Assembly (NCBI GenBank): GCA_052327205.1
Contig: CM126235.1
Coordinates: forward strand, 1,612,001 to 1,676,000
DNA length: 64,000 nucleotides
Reading direction: 5' to 3'
Origin: Somniosus microcephalus
Taxonomy: Eukaryota
Numbering within the stretch: position 1 is the first letter of the stretch; every line of letters starts with the position of its first letter. The position numbers and the translations under genes were made by a program. The notes under the pieces were generated by a model, which saw nothing but the letters and a program-made list of their open reading frames with translations, had not been told where the DNA came from and ran no database searches. Positions 1-12,825 of the stretch are shown piece after piece.

Positions 1-1025
1 CAGATTGCCACTTTGGTCCCTAATGGGCCCTACCCTTTCCCTGGTTATCCTCTTGCCCTTAATATACTTATAAAACATCTTAGGATTTTCCTTTATTTTG
101 CTCGCCAGTGTTATTTCATGGCCCCTCCTCGCCCTCCTAATTTCTTTTTTAAGTATGCCCCTGCACTTTTTATACTCCTCTAGGGCTTCTTCCGTCTTTA
201 GTCTTTTGTAACTGCCAAAAGCCCCCCTTTTATTTCTAATGCATTTTTGTATATCCCTTGTCATCCAAGGTTCCCTTTGCTTGTTGGTCCCACCCTTGAC
301 CTTTACAGGAACATGTTGGCGTTGTACTCTCTCTATTTCCCTTCTGAAAGTCTCCCACTGTCTTGATGTGGATTTTCCTATAAGTAGCTGCTCCCAGTCC
401 ACTTTGGCCAGATCCTGCCTTATCATATTAAAATCGGCCTTCCCCCAATTTAGAACCCTTATTTCCGGGCCGTCTTTGTCTTTTTCCATGACCACCTTAA
501 ATCTCACCGAATTATGGTCACTGTCGCCAAAATGCTCTCCTACTGACACTTCCACCACTTGCCCGGCTACATTCCCCAGAATTAGGTCCAGTATCGCCCC
601 CTCTCTTGTAGGACTTTCTACATGTTGGCTCAAAAAGCTCTCCTGGATGCACTTTAAGAATTCTGCACCCTCTAAACCTTTCACACTCTGACTATCCCAA
701 TTAATATTGGGGAAGTTGAAATCCCCCACTATTATTTTCACACTTTTCTGAGATTTGCCTACATATCTGTTCCTCTATCTCCCCCTGACTGTTTGGGGGC
801 CTATAGTACACTCCCAGCAAAGTGCTTGCCCCCTTTTTGTTTTTAAGTTCTACCCATATGGCCTCATTAGAGGAACCCGCTAATATATCATCCCTCCTTA
901 CAGCAGTAATTGACTCCTTAATTAATATTGCAACACCCCCTCCCCTTTTACACCCCCCTCTGTCTCGCCTGAAGATTCTATACCCCGGAATATTGAGCTG
1001 CCAGTCCTGACCCTCCCTCAACCAG
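1..1025 (-). mobile_element. CR1 LINE fragment, ORF2 endonuclease region
   Basis: ORF 701..1021(-) WLREGQDWQLNIPGYRIFRRDR..GGGVAILIKE..EAIWVEL..LLGVYYRPPNS is a typical CR1 APE domain; frameshifted downstream; runs off the window edge. Confidence 0.85.
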
Positions 1026-1522
1026 CTCGGAATAGAATAGTACAGTTCACTCCGTACCCGAGATGGTTGCCAGGTAAGAAGACTTCTGCCACCACAATTA
1101 CACTAAGTTGTGTAGGTGAATGCAAAGAGGTCAATGTCCCACAAAAAGCAATCAACCAAGGGAGCCCAGATAGGTTAGACCAGTAAGAGTTCGCGGAGGC
1201 GCCACAGACTGATGCTACAGTAGAGGGCGTGTGAACTCGAGACATCTAGACCATCAGAGACATACCCTAAAGCAACGGGATAATGAACAGGTTGGTTGTT
1301 TGATCCAATGCGACGAATCCAAACCTGTTGAGAGACTTGGACCAGAAGAGTTCCGGCGGATAGTAAAATTGTGACTGATGTCAACATATGGATAAATCCG
1401 GGGAGTGTAGAAATAGCTCCTTGCCACCTCTAGTCATGATCGATGAATCTGTTAAAAGAGTAGCACAAACATTGCAGGTCCCAGGACTTAGTCCAAGTTT
1501 TCCTCCAATATACCATCGCCGT

Positions 1523-2121
1523 TCTTGCTGCAGTTGTACAGGGCCTTGGTGAGACCGCACCTTGAGTATTGTGTGCCGTTTTGGTCGCCTTATCTGAGGA
1601 AGGATGTTCTTGCCATGGAAGGAGTGCAGCGAAGATTCACCAGGCTGATACCTGGGATGGCAGGAATGACGTATGAGGAGAGATTGTGTCAATTGGGTTA
1701 TACTCACTGGAGTTTAGAAGATTGAGAGGGGATCTCATCGAAACCTATAAAATTCTGTCAGGCCTGGACAGACTAGGTGCAGGAAGGATGTTCCCGATGG
1801 CCAGGGAGTCCAGAACTAGGGGTCATAATCTAAGGATAAGGGGTAAGCCATTTAGGACTGAGATGAGGAGGAATTTCTTCACCCAGAGAGTGGTGAACCT
1901 GTGGAATTCTCTGCCACAGAGGGCGGTGGAGGCCAATTCATTAAATATGTTCAAGAAGGAGTTGGATATATTTCTTAAGGCTAAAGGGATCAAGAGATAT
2001 GGGGAGAAGGCAGGGACTGGGTACTGAATTTGGATGATCAGCCATGATCTCATTGAATGGCGGAGCAGGCTCGAGGGGCCGAATGGCCTACTCCTGCTCC
2101 TATCTTCTATGTTTCTATGTT
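1523..2121 (+). mobile_element. 5'-truncated CR1 LINE 3' end
   Basis: LQLYRALVRPHLEYC..RRLRGDLIE..FFTQRVVNLWNSLP, then 3'UTR and tail ttctatgtttctatgttc. Confidence 0.9.
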
Positions 2122-2299
2122 CCTTCATCGTCACTGCATCAATATCCTGGAATTCCCGAACTAACACCATCCTGGGAGCAGCATCACCACAAGGACTCTA
2201 GCGGTTCAAAGAGAAGGCTCACCCACTGAGGGCAACTAGGAATGGGCAATAAATGCCAGCCTTGCCAACATTGCCCACATCATGAGAACAAATTTTAAA
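2122..2299 (+). mobile_element. Decayed 3' end of a second LINE family (ORF2 ending AAHHHLLKGN)
   Basis: gggcaactaggaatgggcaataaatgccagccttgcc matches the 3'UTR of the copies at 31205-32416 and 33755-34058. Confidence 0.6.
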
Positions 2300-3624
2300 A
2301 ATGGTACACATTAACCAGAGAAGACTATGTGCCCAAGTGTTCAGCCACAGTGACTCTCACACCCACATATCAAAGCTAATGAAGACACTCTCAAAGACAG
2401 GGGGAGTTGAGACTCACCAGTGAAAGTAATCTAGAGTACAAAGGATAGAAAAATATAACTGTCCCTTCCTTATTGCAGAAAATCAGCCAAAGTTACTGAT
2501 CAAGATCGAAATAGACTTTTCTTGCTCAGTAACCCTGGCTGATTTCTCTCACTCCTAGTGATGGATTAGGGACAGTTTGCATTGTTGGTCAATCCCATTC
2601 GGAACTGGATTGAGACTCTGGCCAAGCTCATTACACACAGGTTCCTTTACAATCAGCCAACGCGGGAGGATTTTATCTCATCCAACTAAGCTGGATTTAA
2701 AGTCAGGTCTTAGAGGTGAAAGGTTCAAACTCATTTCGGGCCAATCCTCTCAGTCAGTGCGTCTGTTTCTGAGCACCATAGCTGCTAAACTGGAACCGGA
2801 GCAGTGAGACAGTGTTTGGATAATCTATCACTTCCATCAGTGAACTATGTAGACTTCATACATGAATTAACTTTCTTTGTACTTTTTATGATTTATTGAC
2901 ACAATCCCTGCGGATGATGTATCACTTACATTCAAAATTCATAATGAGGACCCCAAACAGTCCCAGACTAATAGCCTGCGAAAAAGAGAATTTCATTTGT
3001 GTGGCAAAGTGGCAGAGAAAAAAAAAGCAGGTATTTGAGATTGATTCCACCCCCCACCCCACCCCACCTCAGTACAGGAATTTAAATTGACTGGATGTTT
3101 AATTGGGTGTGGCAGATGGTAGCAGACTGGTGCTGTAATCGAGATTGAAGCTGGCCCACATCGGAGAATATTAATCAGAGAAAATACAACAAACAGCCGA
3201 GTGAAGAACAGATGTGCAAACACTTGCTTTGTATTAAAATCCTTTAGTGAAACGCTGTCTTCAAAGAGCCGTGACATTGATTCGGCTAATCGAATTACTG
3301 TCAGCCCTGCCTGCTGCAGCAGTCTGAGGCACAGGGAGATGCTGTCCAGCTCTCCCGATACAGAGGGACCAGATCCTGTGTCGGAAGGTGCTGACCCCAA
3401 ACTCCCCCCCGCCCCGCACCATCCCTTCCCCTTCTCCCTTTCGCTTCTGGAGGCATTGACTATGACACTGGTCCTTTGGCATCCTCCAGTAACCATGACA
3501 ATGCATGCCAGTCAGTTACTGGTCTAAATAGGAACATCACAACCAATCCGACTGCTCATCAGTGTGGACTTGAACTATACTGACCAGGGAAGTCTCAGCT
3601 AAGAGCCCTGCCCAGTGCTGAGCT

Positions 3625-4280
3625 AGGAACATAGGAACAGCAGGAGGCCATTCAGCCCCTCGAGCCTGTTCCGCCATTCAATGAGATCATGGCTGATTTG
3701 TATCCTGACTCCTTCTACCCACCTTGGCTCCATATCCCCTAATACCCTTGGCTAGCAAAAGTCTATTGATCTCAGATTTAAAATGATTAATTGCGCCCCA
3801 GCACCTGCTGCTTTTTGTGAGAGAGAGTTCTACACTTCTACCACCCTTTGTGTGAAGAAGTGTTTCCTAACTTCTCTCCTGAATGGCCGGGCTCTGATTT
3901 TAAGGTGATGTCCCCTCGTCCCAGACTCCCCCCTCCAGTGGAAATAGTTGTTCTCTATCTACCCTATCAATTCCTTTCAAAATCCTACAAACCTCAATCA
4001 AATCACCCCTTAACCCTCTATATTCCTGGGAATACAAGCCTAGTTTACATAATCTCTCATCATAATCTAATCCTTGGAGCCCTGGTAACGTTCTGGTGAA
4101 TCTGCACTGCACTCTTTCCAAGGACAGTAGATCCTTCCTAAGGTGCGGTGCCCAGAACTGTACACAGTTCTCCAGATGTGGTCTAACCAGGGCTTTGTAT
4201 AGCTGTAGAAAAGCTTCCTCCCCTTTATATTCTAGCCCCTATAAAGGCTAACATTCCATTGGTCTTTCTGATTATTTTTA
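3625..4280 (-). mobile_element. CR1 LINE 3' fragment
   Basis: ORF 3900..4121(-) ERVQCRFTR..LRGDLIEV; CR1 3'UTR at 3625-3700. Confidence 0.85.
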
Positions 4281-5623
4281 TGCCTTTTAGCTGATCCCAG
4301 GCTGCTTGGTATCTATTTCCCTTGGGCAAGCGAGCGGCAAACACAGTCTGGTTTCCAGCTCCTGATTGCTATGCTGTGACCCCTGCTGGAAGGTGAGAGT
4401 GTGGCAGAATGAGTCAGGACCCCTTCACTAGGTGAAGCGATCCCATAACCAAATTCAGGAAAATTCCCTCTTTCTGAGCTTGTTCGAGTGGAAGAACCCC
4501 GCGCAAACGTGTTTACGATTTCACTACACGAAGCCAGTAGAGGGAATCAGCCCCACAGACAAGGGGAGGGATGGGCTCAGCTGTGACCCACGGTCAAATG
4601 GCCTGCTGATCGGCGATGCCAAGGCTTGCGTGTGATGACTGGTCGCTTGGGAAAGGTAATGGAGGGGAGCTGAACCCCGGCTCAAATCATCGGAAGATCA
4701 GCACGGACAAATCGAGAACGAGGGAGAATATTTCTGTGCTCCAATTTGTAAAATGCCCTCACAGTAGAGGAAATGAGGTTAAATTCCACTGCACCCATCA
4801 GTGCCCACAGCGAACTCTGATTTTAATAACTTATTGCAGGTTTTGTTAGATCTCCCAGTTCTGAAATGCATCACCTATAAATACTGCAGCAACATAAACA
4901 TTGATCAGAACCAGTAGGTAAAGAAGCCACTACTGTTGTTGACATTTACTGGCAAGCCCACTGTTGATTGTTGAAACATGTTTAGATTATTCAAGTATTG
5001 AAGATGCCAGTGAGTCACACAGCTGGAAATTTAAAGCATCTCCAGGACTGGTGGTAATAAACAGCTGTCACAACTACTTCTCGCCAACTAGTGATTATTC
5101 CACTTGGCAGAGTCCAAGGTGACACGCCTGACAATGGAAGATTGGAGCCAAGTTAACAGTCCATGACGATTCCCTAATACGATATTTGAACCTGTCAGGT
5201 ATTGATATTCCAGGGCACTTTGGATGATTGACCATTAATGAGATCCAGGAGAGTAGATCTGATGACTGTGATTCTTTTCTACTCGATCCTGCAAACTAAC
5301 ATCCTAATACATACAGTGATCCGAGCTGGAATCTGACCAGTGCCGTGTGTTGCTTGGCTGTACAGATTGAGGTAGTTATATTCCCACTGTATTCCTTGGG
5401 GGTGTCCCTAAGCCTTGGCTGTTGTTGGCCAGTTTCTAAGCTTTTGAACTTAGGCAAGTCGGGGGGGGGGGTTCTCGAGGGAGAGGTGCTGATGTCCCTA
5501 TCAGGCTAACTCCACCTGTATGGATCTCTCAGTAGTTTTTTTCAAAACTCTTAAAGATGGTGATAGACTTCTGAGCATGTGGGATAGCTGAGTGACCTTC
5601 ACACTTTGCATTGTATAATTTAC

Positions 5624-5958
5624 ATAGAATGACATCGAGTCTACAGCACAGAAACAGGCCATTCGCCCCAACTGGTCCGTGCTGGTGTTTATGCTCCACA
5701 CGAGCCTCCTCCCACCCCACTTCATCTCAACCTATCACCATATCCTTCTATTCCTTTCTCCCTCATGTGTTTATCCAGCTCCCCCTTAAATGTATCTCTG
5801 CTATTTGCCTCAACCACTCCCTGTGGCAGCGAGTTCCACATTCTCACCACTCTCTGGGTGAAGAAGTTTCTCCTGAATTCCTTATTGGATTTATTAGTGA
5901 CTATCTTATATTGATGGCCCCTAGTTCTGGTCTCCCCCAGAAAGGGAAACATCTCTAC
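5624..5958 (-). mobile_element. CR1 LINE 3' fragment
   Basis: ORF 5722..5967(-) TRGHQYK..FFTQRVVRMWNSLPQ; same subfamily as 57432-59960. Confidence 0.85.
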
Positions 5959-6312
5959 AGGAAGCAAATGGAGTTGTACCAGTTGGGTTATATTGACATT
6001 GGCGTGTGTGGCAGTGGTGGGACACTGTATCTGCCATTAACAATGTTCAATCAATGTATTACCGCCTCTAGACATTGCAGAGAAGGTTCTGAGCTTGAAA
6101 TTATACTGCAGAATATTATAATATGAACATAGCCTGTTAATTTAAAATGGATTAACACCACCTTTAAAATAGTGGACAAAGAATTTGATACAAACACATT
6201 AATATCACATAGTGCGGTTTCCTGGCGCCTGGGACAGGTGTCAGACTCTAACTTCTCTCCCTCTTCACCTCTGTCCCACCTAACCACAACTTCCTAATTG
6301 TCCTCACCTTCA

Positions 6313-6520
6313 CAGAATCACAGAATCGCAGAAACCCCACAGTGCAGATAGAGGCCATTTCGGCCCATCGAGCCTGCACCGACACATATCCCACCCGATC
6401 CCTGTAACCCCTACACCAACACATATCCCACCCTATCCCCGTAACCCCACGTATTTAATCCCCCTAACACTAAGGGTCAATTTATCATAGCCAATCAACC
6501 TAACCCACACATCTTTGGAT
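6313..6520 (-). mobile_element. SINE fragment with CR1-derived tail (HE1/V-SINE-like)
   Basis: CR1-type tail (acagaatc repeats, ggccatttcggcccatcgag) joined to gggtcaatttatcatagccaatcaacctaacccacacatctttgga core. Confidence 0.5.
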
Positions 6521-6559
6521 TAGCACTTCTCGGCTACTCTTTTTAGACAGCGCCTGATC

Positions 6560-6905
6560 ACATCCCAAAGCACTTCATACTCAAGGAATTAAGTTGGAGT
6601 GCGGTGACAGTATTTATCTGGGCAAATGCGACAGTCTGTTTACACACAATTAGCAATGAGATGAACGACCAATTCTTTTTTAACTGGTGGTGTCACTAGA
6701 GGATGGAATAGTTAACCAGGTCACCAAGGAAATTCCCTGCTCTTGTTCCTTGAAGCAGTGGAACAGGCTGATCTGCAGAGGACAATCCCTCAGCCCTATA
6801 CTGCAACATTAATCTAGCTCGCGTGCTCCAATCTTGGAGCGGAGTGGGTTTGAACCCACAGCCTTCCTTCCTGGACACAAGAATGATACTAACTGAGCCA
6901 AACTG
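6560..6905 (-). mobile_element. Decayed tRNA-headed Deu-type SINE
   Basis: Reverse-strand B-box (gggtttgaacccac) and similarity to the 22715-23150 copy. Confidence 0.45.
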
Positions 6906-7579
6906 ACAGTCAAACTTTTACTGAGAAAACTTAGGACTGATTCAAGGGCGAAAAATCTAACACAACAAATAGAAAACTGCTTTGTGATTGCTGTTCCATA
7001 TTTAATAGTTCGCACCACTCAAAGTCTGTCAAGAGCTTGATAATATCCTTTTTGATACAGACTGACTTTCCTGCAGGTCATTAAGCTCCAATCAAATGGG
7101 GACCTCATCACTGTGACACACGATTAACTTAGTCGACACTATTCTATTCTGTCTGCCTTTGTAATAGCCAATCTCCAAAGACTAAATCATCACAGTCAAT
7201 TTCTCTGATTCCTATTTAAGTAATGTTGAAATAATTACCAGCAAAGTAAGGTTTTGTTTTCCGCATATCAAACCTGCAGCTATTTCTGAAGCCTGGGGGA
7301 TCTTCTCTATTTGGGATTCACGGATGATGCTGAGGGTCAGAATATTTGATCTGATGTTTGCTGCACAAATGAAGCACAATTCATAATTCAAGAACTTCCA
7401 AGCCCATTCCCTGAGTGAAGTGTAAATAGTGGATTTACAGGAGAATGCGGCACTCAATGCCTGCCTGATGAAATTGGAGATTCTTCAGAACTGTCAATAT
7501 CCCACCTTGGGAGCTGCACATCACCTCATTCCAAAAATATAACCGTGGTTACTGAGGGCAAGCTGTGCTCAATACATCA

Positions 7580-8345
7580 ATAGGAGTGTGAGGTGATGCA
7601 CTTTGTCAGAAGGAGCAGAAAGTGGCAATATACACTTAATGGCACAGTTTTAAAGAGTGTGCAGGGACAGAGGGACCTGGGAGTTAATGTGCATAGGTCC
7701 CTGAAGGTGGCAGGACATATTGAGAGAGTGGTTAACAAAGCATATGGGATCTTGGGCTTCATAAATAGAGGTATTGAGTACAAAAGTAGAGAAGTTATGC
7801 TGAACCTTTATAAAGCGCTGGTTAGGCCACAACTGGAGTATTGTGTCCAGTTGTGGTCACCACACTTTAGGAAGGATGTGAAGGCCCTTGAGAGGGTGCA
7901 GAGGAGATTTACCAGAATGGTTCCGGGGATGGGGGATCTTAGCTACAAGGACAGGTTGGAGAAGCCGGATTTGTTTTCATTAGAGCAAAGGAGGTTGAGG
8001 GGTGATTTGATAGAGGTGTACAAGATTATGACGGGTTTGGATAGGCTAGACGGGGAAAGGCTGTTCCCACTAGTTGATGGTACAGGGACTAGGGGACACA
8101 GAGTTAAGGTTTTGAGCAAGAGATACAGGGGGGACGTGAGGAAAAACTTTTTTACGCAGCGAGTGGCGAGGACCTGGAATTTGCTGCCGACGGAAGTGGT
8201 GGAAGCGGAGACACTCAATGTTTTCAAGGGGAGACTGGATAGGCACTTGAGGGAAATAAACTTGCAGGGCTACAGGGATAGAGCGGGGGAATGGGACTGA
8301 CTGGATTGCTCTACAGAGAGCCGGCGCGGACTCGATGGGCCGAAT
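7580..8345 (+). mobile_element. CR1 LINE 3' fragment
   Basis: ORF 7593..8300, 235 aa CR1 ORF2 C-terminus (RDLGV..LVRPQLEYC..RGDLIEVYK). Confidence 0.9.
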
Positions 8346-9123
8346 GGCTGGATTTTGCCAATGGGAAGCTTTTGGAGGCGGGACTCCCACTTGTTGGGTT
8401 TTAGTCCCGCCTCCATCAACGTCTGACCAACCCACGCTATTTTCCCTTGATTGACCTTGTTAAGCCCGCCCAGCGGGTTCAGCAGGCCAATTAAGGGGAA
8501 GCCGGTTACAGAGAATGTCAGCGTATGACGTTTCATCTGTCAAAAATGTTTGACAGATGAATTGTCATCGTTTGACAGCTCTGTGAAGCTGTCAAACACT
8601 GACATTTTCTGTAGTTTGATGAGTTCTTGAATTCAAGACCCCATCAAACCTCTTTCTTTTACAGAAATTAGATGTTTGTTGCATTGGAGGATGCAACGAC
8701 CATCTGTCATCTCTGCCACGGAGGTGCGAGACTCTTCGCATCCCCAATGATTGAAGCCTGCAGGAAGAAACAAAGGTAAGTGAACTTTTTCTAACACTTT
8801 CCACTCACCTCACATACTCACCTCTCCACGCTTGCACCCATCACTTACCTTAACAGCGCACTTTAGCACCCCTCTGACCCCCGCAGACCCATTGCTCGCC
8901 TCGCTGACCCTGGCGGGGTTCGCAGCCTTCAGGAAGCCTGCACTTGTGTGGGTAACAGGCAGATAAGTGGCACTAATCCCCTTCCTGCCTCCAAGGAGAC
9001 GGGACCTGGCGCGGGTCGACCCGCCTCCTGGCAAGATGGCACGGAGGTGGGTTGTGCACCCGCCCCCAAATTCTGCCATTTTCCCGGCAGCCCCGCCTCC
9101 CCAGGGCTGGCAAGATCGCGCTC
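8346..9123. mobile_element. Non-autonomous Harbinger-type MITE
   Basis: Ends ggctggattttgcc...gggctggcaagatcgcgctc resemble the termini of the Harbinger copies at 39174 and 60401; homologous to 47472-48151. Confidence 0.7.
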
Positions 9124-9341
9124 AGTTGACTCTATGACATTAGTCACAGGGATAGTCACGTGGCCTCCAGATAGAGTTCCCAACATTCACTAGTCCATTA
9201 ACGATTTGTTGGCTCTATAGCATTTTATTAATGCGCTTAATTCACCGAGATAGACAGGAGCGAGAAACACTCTCTGGAATTGTACAGAAAACATTCGTGC
9301 AAAAATTAATAAATCAGGAACAGAACTAATTGACAACCTGC

Positions 9342-9838
9342 ACTGTCGCAGGGCAGTGCTGAGGGAGCACTACACTGTCCGGAGGGGCAGTGCTGAGGGA
9401 GCGCCGCACTGTCAGAGGGGCAGTACTGAGGGAGTGCCGCACTGTCAGAGGGGCAGTACTGAGGGAGCGCCGCACTGTCAGAGGGGCAGTACTGAGGAAG
9501 TGCTGCACTGTCGGATGGGCAGTGCTGAGGGAGCACTACACTGTCCGGAGGGGCAGTGCTGAGGGAGCGCCGCACTGTCAGAGGGGCAGTACTGAGGGAG
9601 TGCCGCACTGTCAGAGGGGCAGTACTGAGGGAGCGCCGCACTGTCAGAGGGGCAGTACTGAGGAAGTGCTGCACTGTCAGAGGGGCAGTACTGAGGAAGT
9701 GCTGCACTGTCCGATGGGCAGTGCTGAGGGAGCGCCGCACTGTCAGAGGGGCAGTGCTGAGGGAGTGCCGCACTGTCAGAGGGGCAGTACTGAGGAAGTG
9801 CTGCACTGTCGGATGGGTAGTGCTGAGGGAGCGCTGCA
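9342..9838 (+). repeat. ~33-bp minisatellite derived from a SINE segment
   Basis: About 15 copies of cactgtcagaggggcagtactgagggagcgccg running directly into a SINE body. Confidence 0.9.
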
Positions 9839-10146
9839 ACTTCGGAGGTGCCGTCTTTCAGATGAGATGTTAAACCAAGGCTCCGTCTGCTCTCTCAGGT
9901 GGACGTAAATGGTATCATGGCACTATTTCGAAGAAGAGCATGGGAGTTCTTCCCGGTGTCCTGGGCCAAAATTTATCCCTCAACCAACATCACTAAAAAC
10001 AGATTATCTGGTCATCATCACACTGCCGTTTGTGGGAGCTTGCTGTGCGCAAATTGGCTGCCGTGATTCCTACATTACAACAGTCACCTCATTGGCTGTA
10101 AAGTCCTCAAGTGGAAGGTGCTCTATAAAAGAAGTTCATTCTTCTT
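9815..10146 (+). mobile_element. Deu-domain SINE body and tail (SacSINE/AmnSINE-like)
   Basis: ggaggtgccgtctttcagatgagatgttaaaccaaggctccgtctgctctctcaggtggacgtaaa core. Confidence 0.7.
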
Positions 10147-11296
10147 AAATATCATCTCCAATCGACACTAATGGTTCGTTTATTGTTCAGTTTTCATTCC
10201 TTGCCCAAAATTTCCACCCTTCCTCTGCTGAAGGTGCCAACTCGCTCTGCAATGACACGCACCATCCTCCAGTAACTCGCCCAGCTTCACGTGTGGCCTT
10301 AGCAAGAGTGTGCCGGCTGTGGTTTATAACGTACTTCACATCAGGGCCGATATAACTGAGATGGAACCTAGAGAAACCCAAAGGGCTTAAGGCAAGTAAA
10401 TCCACAGGGATGGACGCTATTTACCCCAGGGTGCTGCGAGAGTGATTGGTGAAGATTTGGGAGGTACTGCCAATCATGTTTAGAATATAAAAGTCAAGAT
10501 GTTGCAATCTGGGATGCACGACCTGAAAGGATAGCCTTGCACAGAAGGAGGCCATTCGGCCCATCTTGCTTGTGCTGGCTCTTTGGACGAGCTCTCCAAT
10601 TAGTCTCACTCTTCTGCTTTCTCTCCCATTGCCCTGTAAATTTTTCCCCTTCAGTTATTTATCCAATTCTCTTTTGAAGTTACTATTGAATCTGCTTCCA
10701 CCTTCCTTTCAGGCAGTGCATACCAAGTGGTCAATTTCTCAAGCTCCTTCACTCTTTGTTTCACAGGAGGGGAGGATATGGATATGTCTAAATGGCCCCC
10801 ACAGATCTAGTTTTGCTGTTGGCACCTGCAATGTCCCACTACTAATATTTTATTAGTTAATAGAACAAAGCCCCTGGTTTTTAGCTTTCTTCACTATATC
10901 TAGATATTTTCAAGCTGCCTTTTTAAACCACTTAAGGTATCTTTATCTCACCGCAGTGCCTTCAACTCCCTAAACATGGGTCAGGTGCAGTCAACGTCAC
11001 TTGCAGATGTGAGCTCACTGGTCTCGCAACAGAGGCACGGACCACGACTTGATGGCCATTGGATCTACTGACAGTACTTTAACCTGCCATGAAGTCTTCG
11101 AAAGACACTGAACTGGTTCAACACATCAGCGTGCTTGTGCTGTGCCCTACAGGTGCACTGTGACAAGCACACACCTGATCCGCTCAGCACGCCTTCAGAC
11201 AATTGACACCCACATTTTCATTTATATGTCTTTCAAATTGAAGAGCCTTCTACAACATCCTGTGTCTCCGCTCTCCTCTCAGCCTCTTTCCATCCC

Positions 11297-12825
11297 AGGG
11301 TTTTAAAGGCAGTAGATGAGCACATTGCAGATGCCCTAACTATAATCTTCCAAAGTTCTCTCGATTCAGGAACTGTTCCTTTAGATTGGAAAATTGCGCA
11401 TGTCACTCCGCGAATGGCGAGAGAGGGAAACCAGGGAATTATAGGCCAGTTAGCCTAACATCTGTTGTCGGGAAATTGCTAGAGTCTATAATTAAGGATA
11501 GGGTGACTGAACACCTCAAAACTTTCAGTTGATCAGAGAGAGCCAGCATGAATTTGTGAAATAGGTCATGTCTGACAAACCTGATTGAATTTTTTGAAGA
11601 GGTGACTATAGTGGACAGGGGAATGTCTATGGATGTTATTTACATGGACTTCCAGAAGGCATTTGATAAAGCCCCACATAAGAGACTGTTATCTAAGGTA
11701 GAAGCCCATGGAATTGAGGGCAAATTATTGACCTGGTTAGGAAATTGGCTGAGCGGCAGGAGACAGAGAGTGGGGATAATGGGCAGGTACTCAAATGGTC
11801 AGGATGTGACTAGTGGTGTCCCGCAGGGATCAGTGTTGGGACCTCAACTATTCACAGTATTTATTAACGACTTAGATGATGGGATAGAAAGTCATATATC
11901 CTAATGTGCCAAAGACACAAAGATAGGCAGCATTGTAGGCAGTGTCGATGAAGGCATAAAATTACAAAGGGATATTGATAGATTCAGTGAATGGGCAAAA
12001 CTGTGGCAAATGGATTTCAATGTAAGCTAATGTGAGGTCATCCACTTTGGACCTAAAGGATCGAACAGGGTACTTTCTAAATGGTGAAAGGCTAAAAACT
12101 GGAGGTCCAAAGAGACTCGGGGTTCAGGTACATCGATCATTAAAATGTCAAGAACAGGTACAGAAAATAATCAAACAGGCTAATGGGATGCTGGCCTTTA
12201 TGTCTAGAGGACTAGAATACAAGGGGGTAGAAGTTATGCTGCAGCTGTACAAAACCCTGGTTAGACCACACCTGGAGCACTGGGAGCAGTTCTGGGCACC
12301 ACACCTTAGGAAGGATATATTGGCCTTGGAGGGAGTGCAGCGTAGGTTTACCAGAATGATACCCGGACTTCAAGGGTTAAGTTACGAGGAGAGATTACAC
12401 AAATTAGGGTTGTATTCCCTGGAATTTAGAAGGTTAAGGGGTGACCTGATTGAAGTTTTCAAGATATTAAGGGGAACAGATAAGGTAGAGAGAGAGAAAC
12501 TATCTCCGCTGGTTGGGGAGTCTCGGACTAGGGGGCATAGTCTAAAAATTAGAGCCAGACCTTTCAGGAGTGAAATTAGGAAACACTTCTACTCACAAAG
12601 GGTGGTAGAAGTTTGGAACTCTCTTCCGCAAATGACAATTGATGCTAAATCAATTGTTAATTTTAAATCGGAGATTGATGGCTTTCTGTTAACCAAAGGT
12701 ATTAAGGGATATGGGCCAAAGGCGGGGATATGGAGTTAGATCACAGATCGGCCGTGATCTCATTGAATGGCGGAGCAGGCTCGAGGGGCTCAATGGCCTC
12801 CTCCTGTTCTTATGTTCTTATGTTC
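11297..12825 (+). mobile_element. CR1 LINE, RT domain to 3' end, disabled
   Basis: ORFs 11602..11904 (DFQKAFDK, SGVPQGSVLGP) and 12032..12739; tail ttcttatgttcttatgttc. Confidence 0.9.

Noticed and set aside
1026-1522. Hepadnavirus or hepacivirus assignment of the orphan segment
   Set aside because: Only scattered short resemblances (VWIR, PWL, CNC) with no diagnostic motif such as YMDD; left unassigned
2993-3527. Overlapping ORFs as a possible host exon
   Set aside because: No recognisable protein, no convincing canonical splice pair, and no partner exons in the window
9306-9908. CRISPR-like array or repeat protein
   Set aside because: Contiguous tandem units without unique spacers, SINE-derived, eukaryotic context
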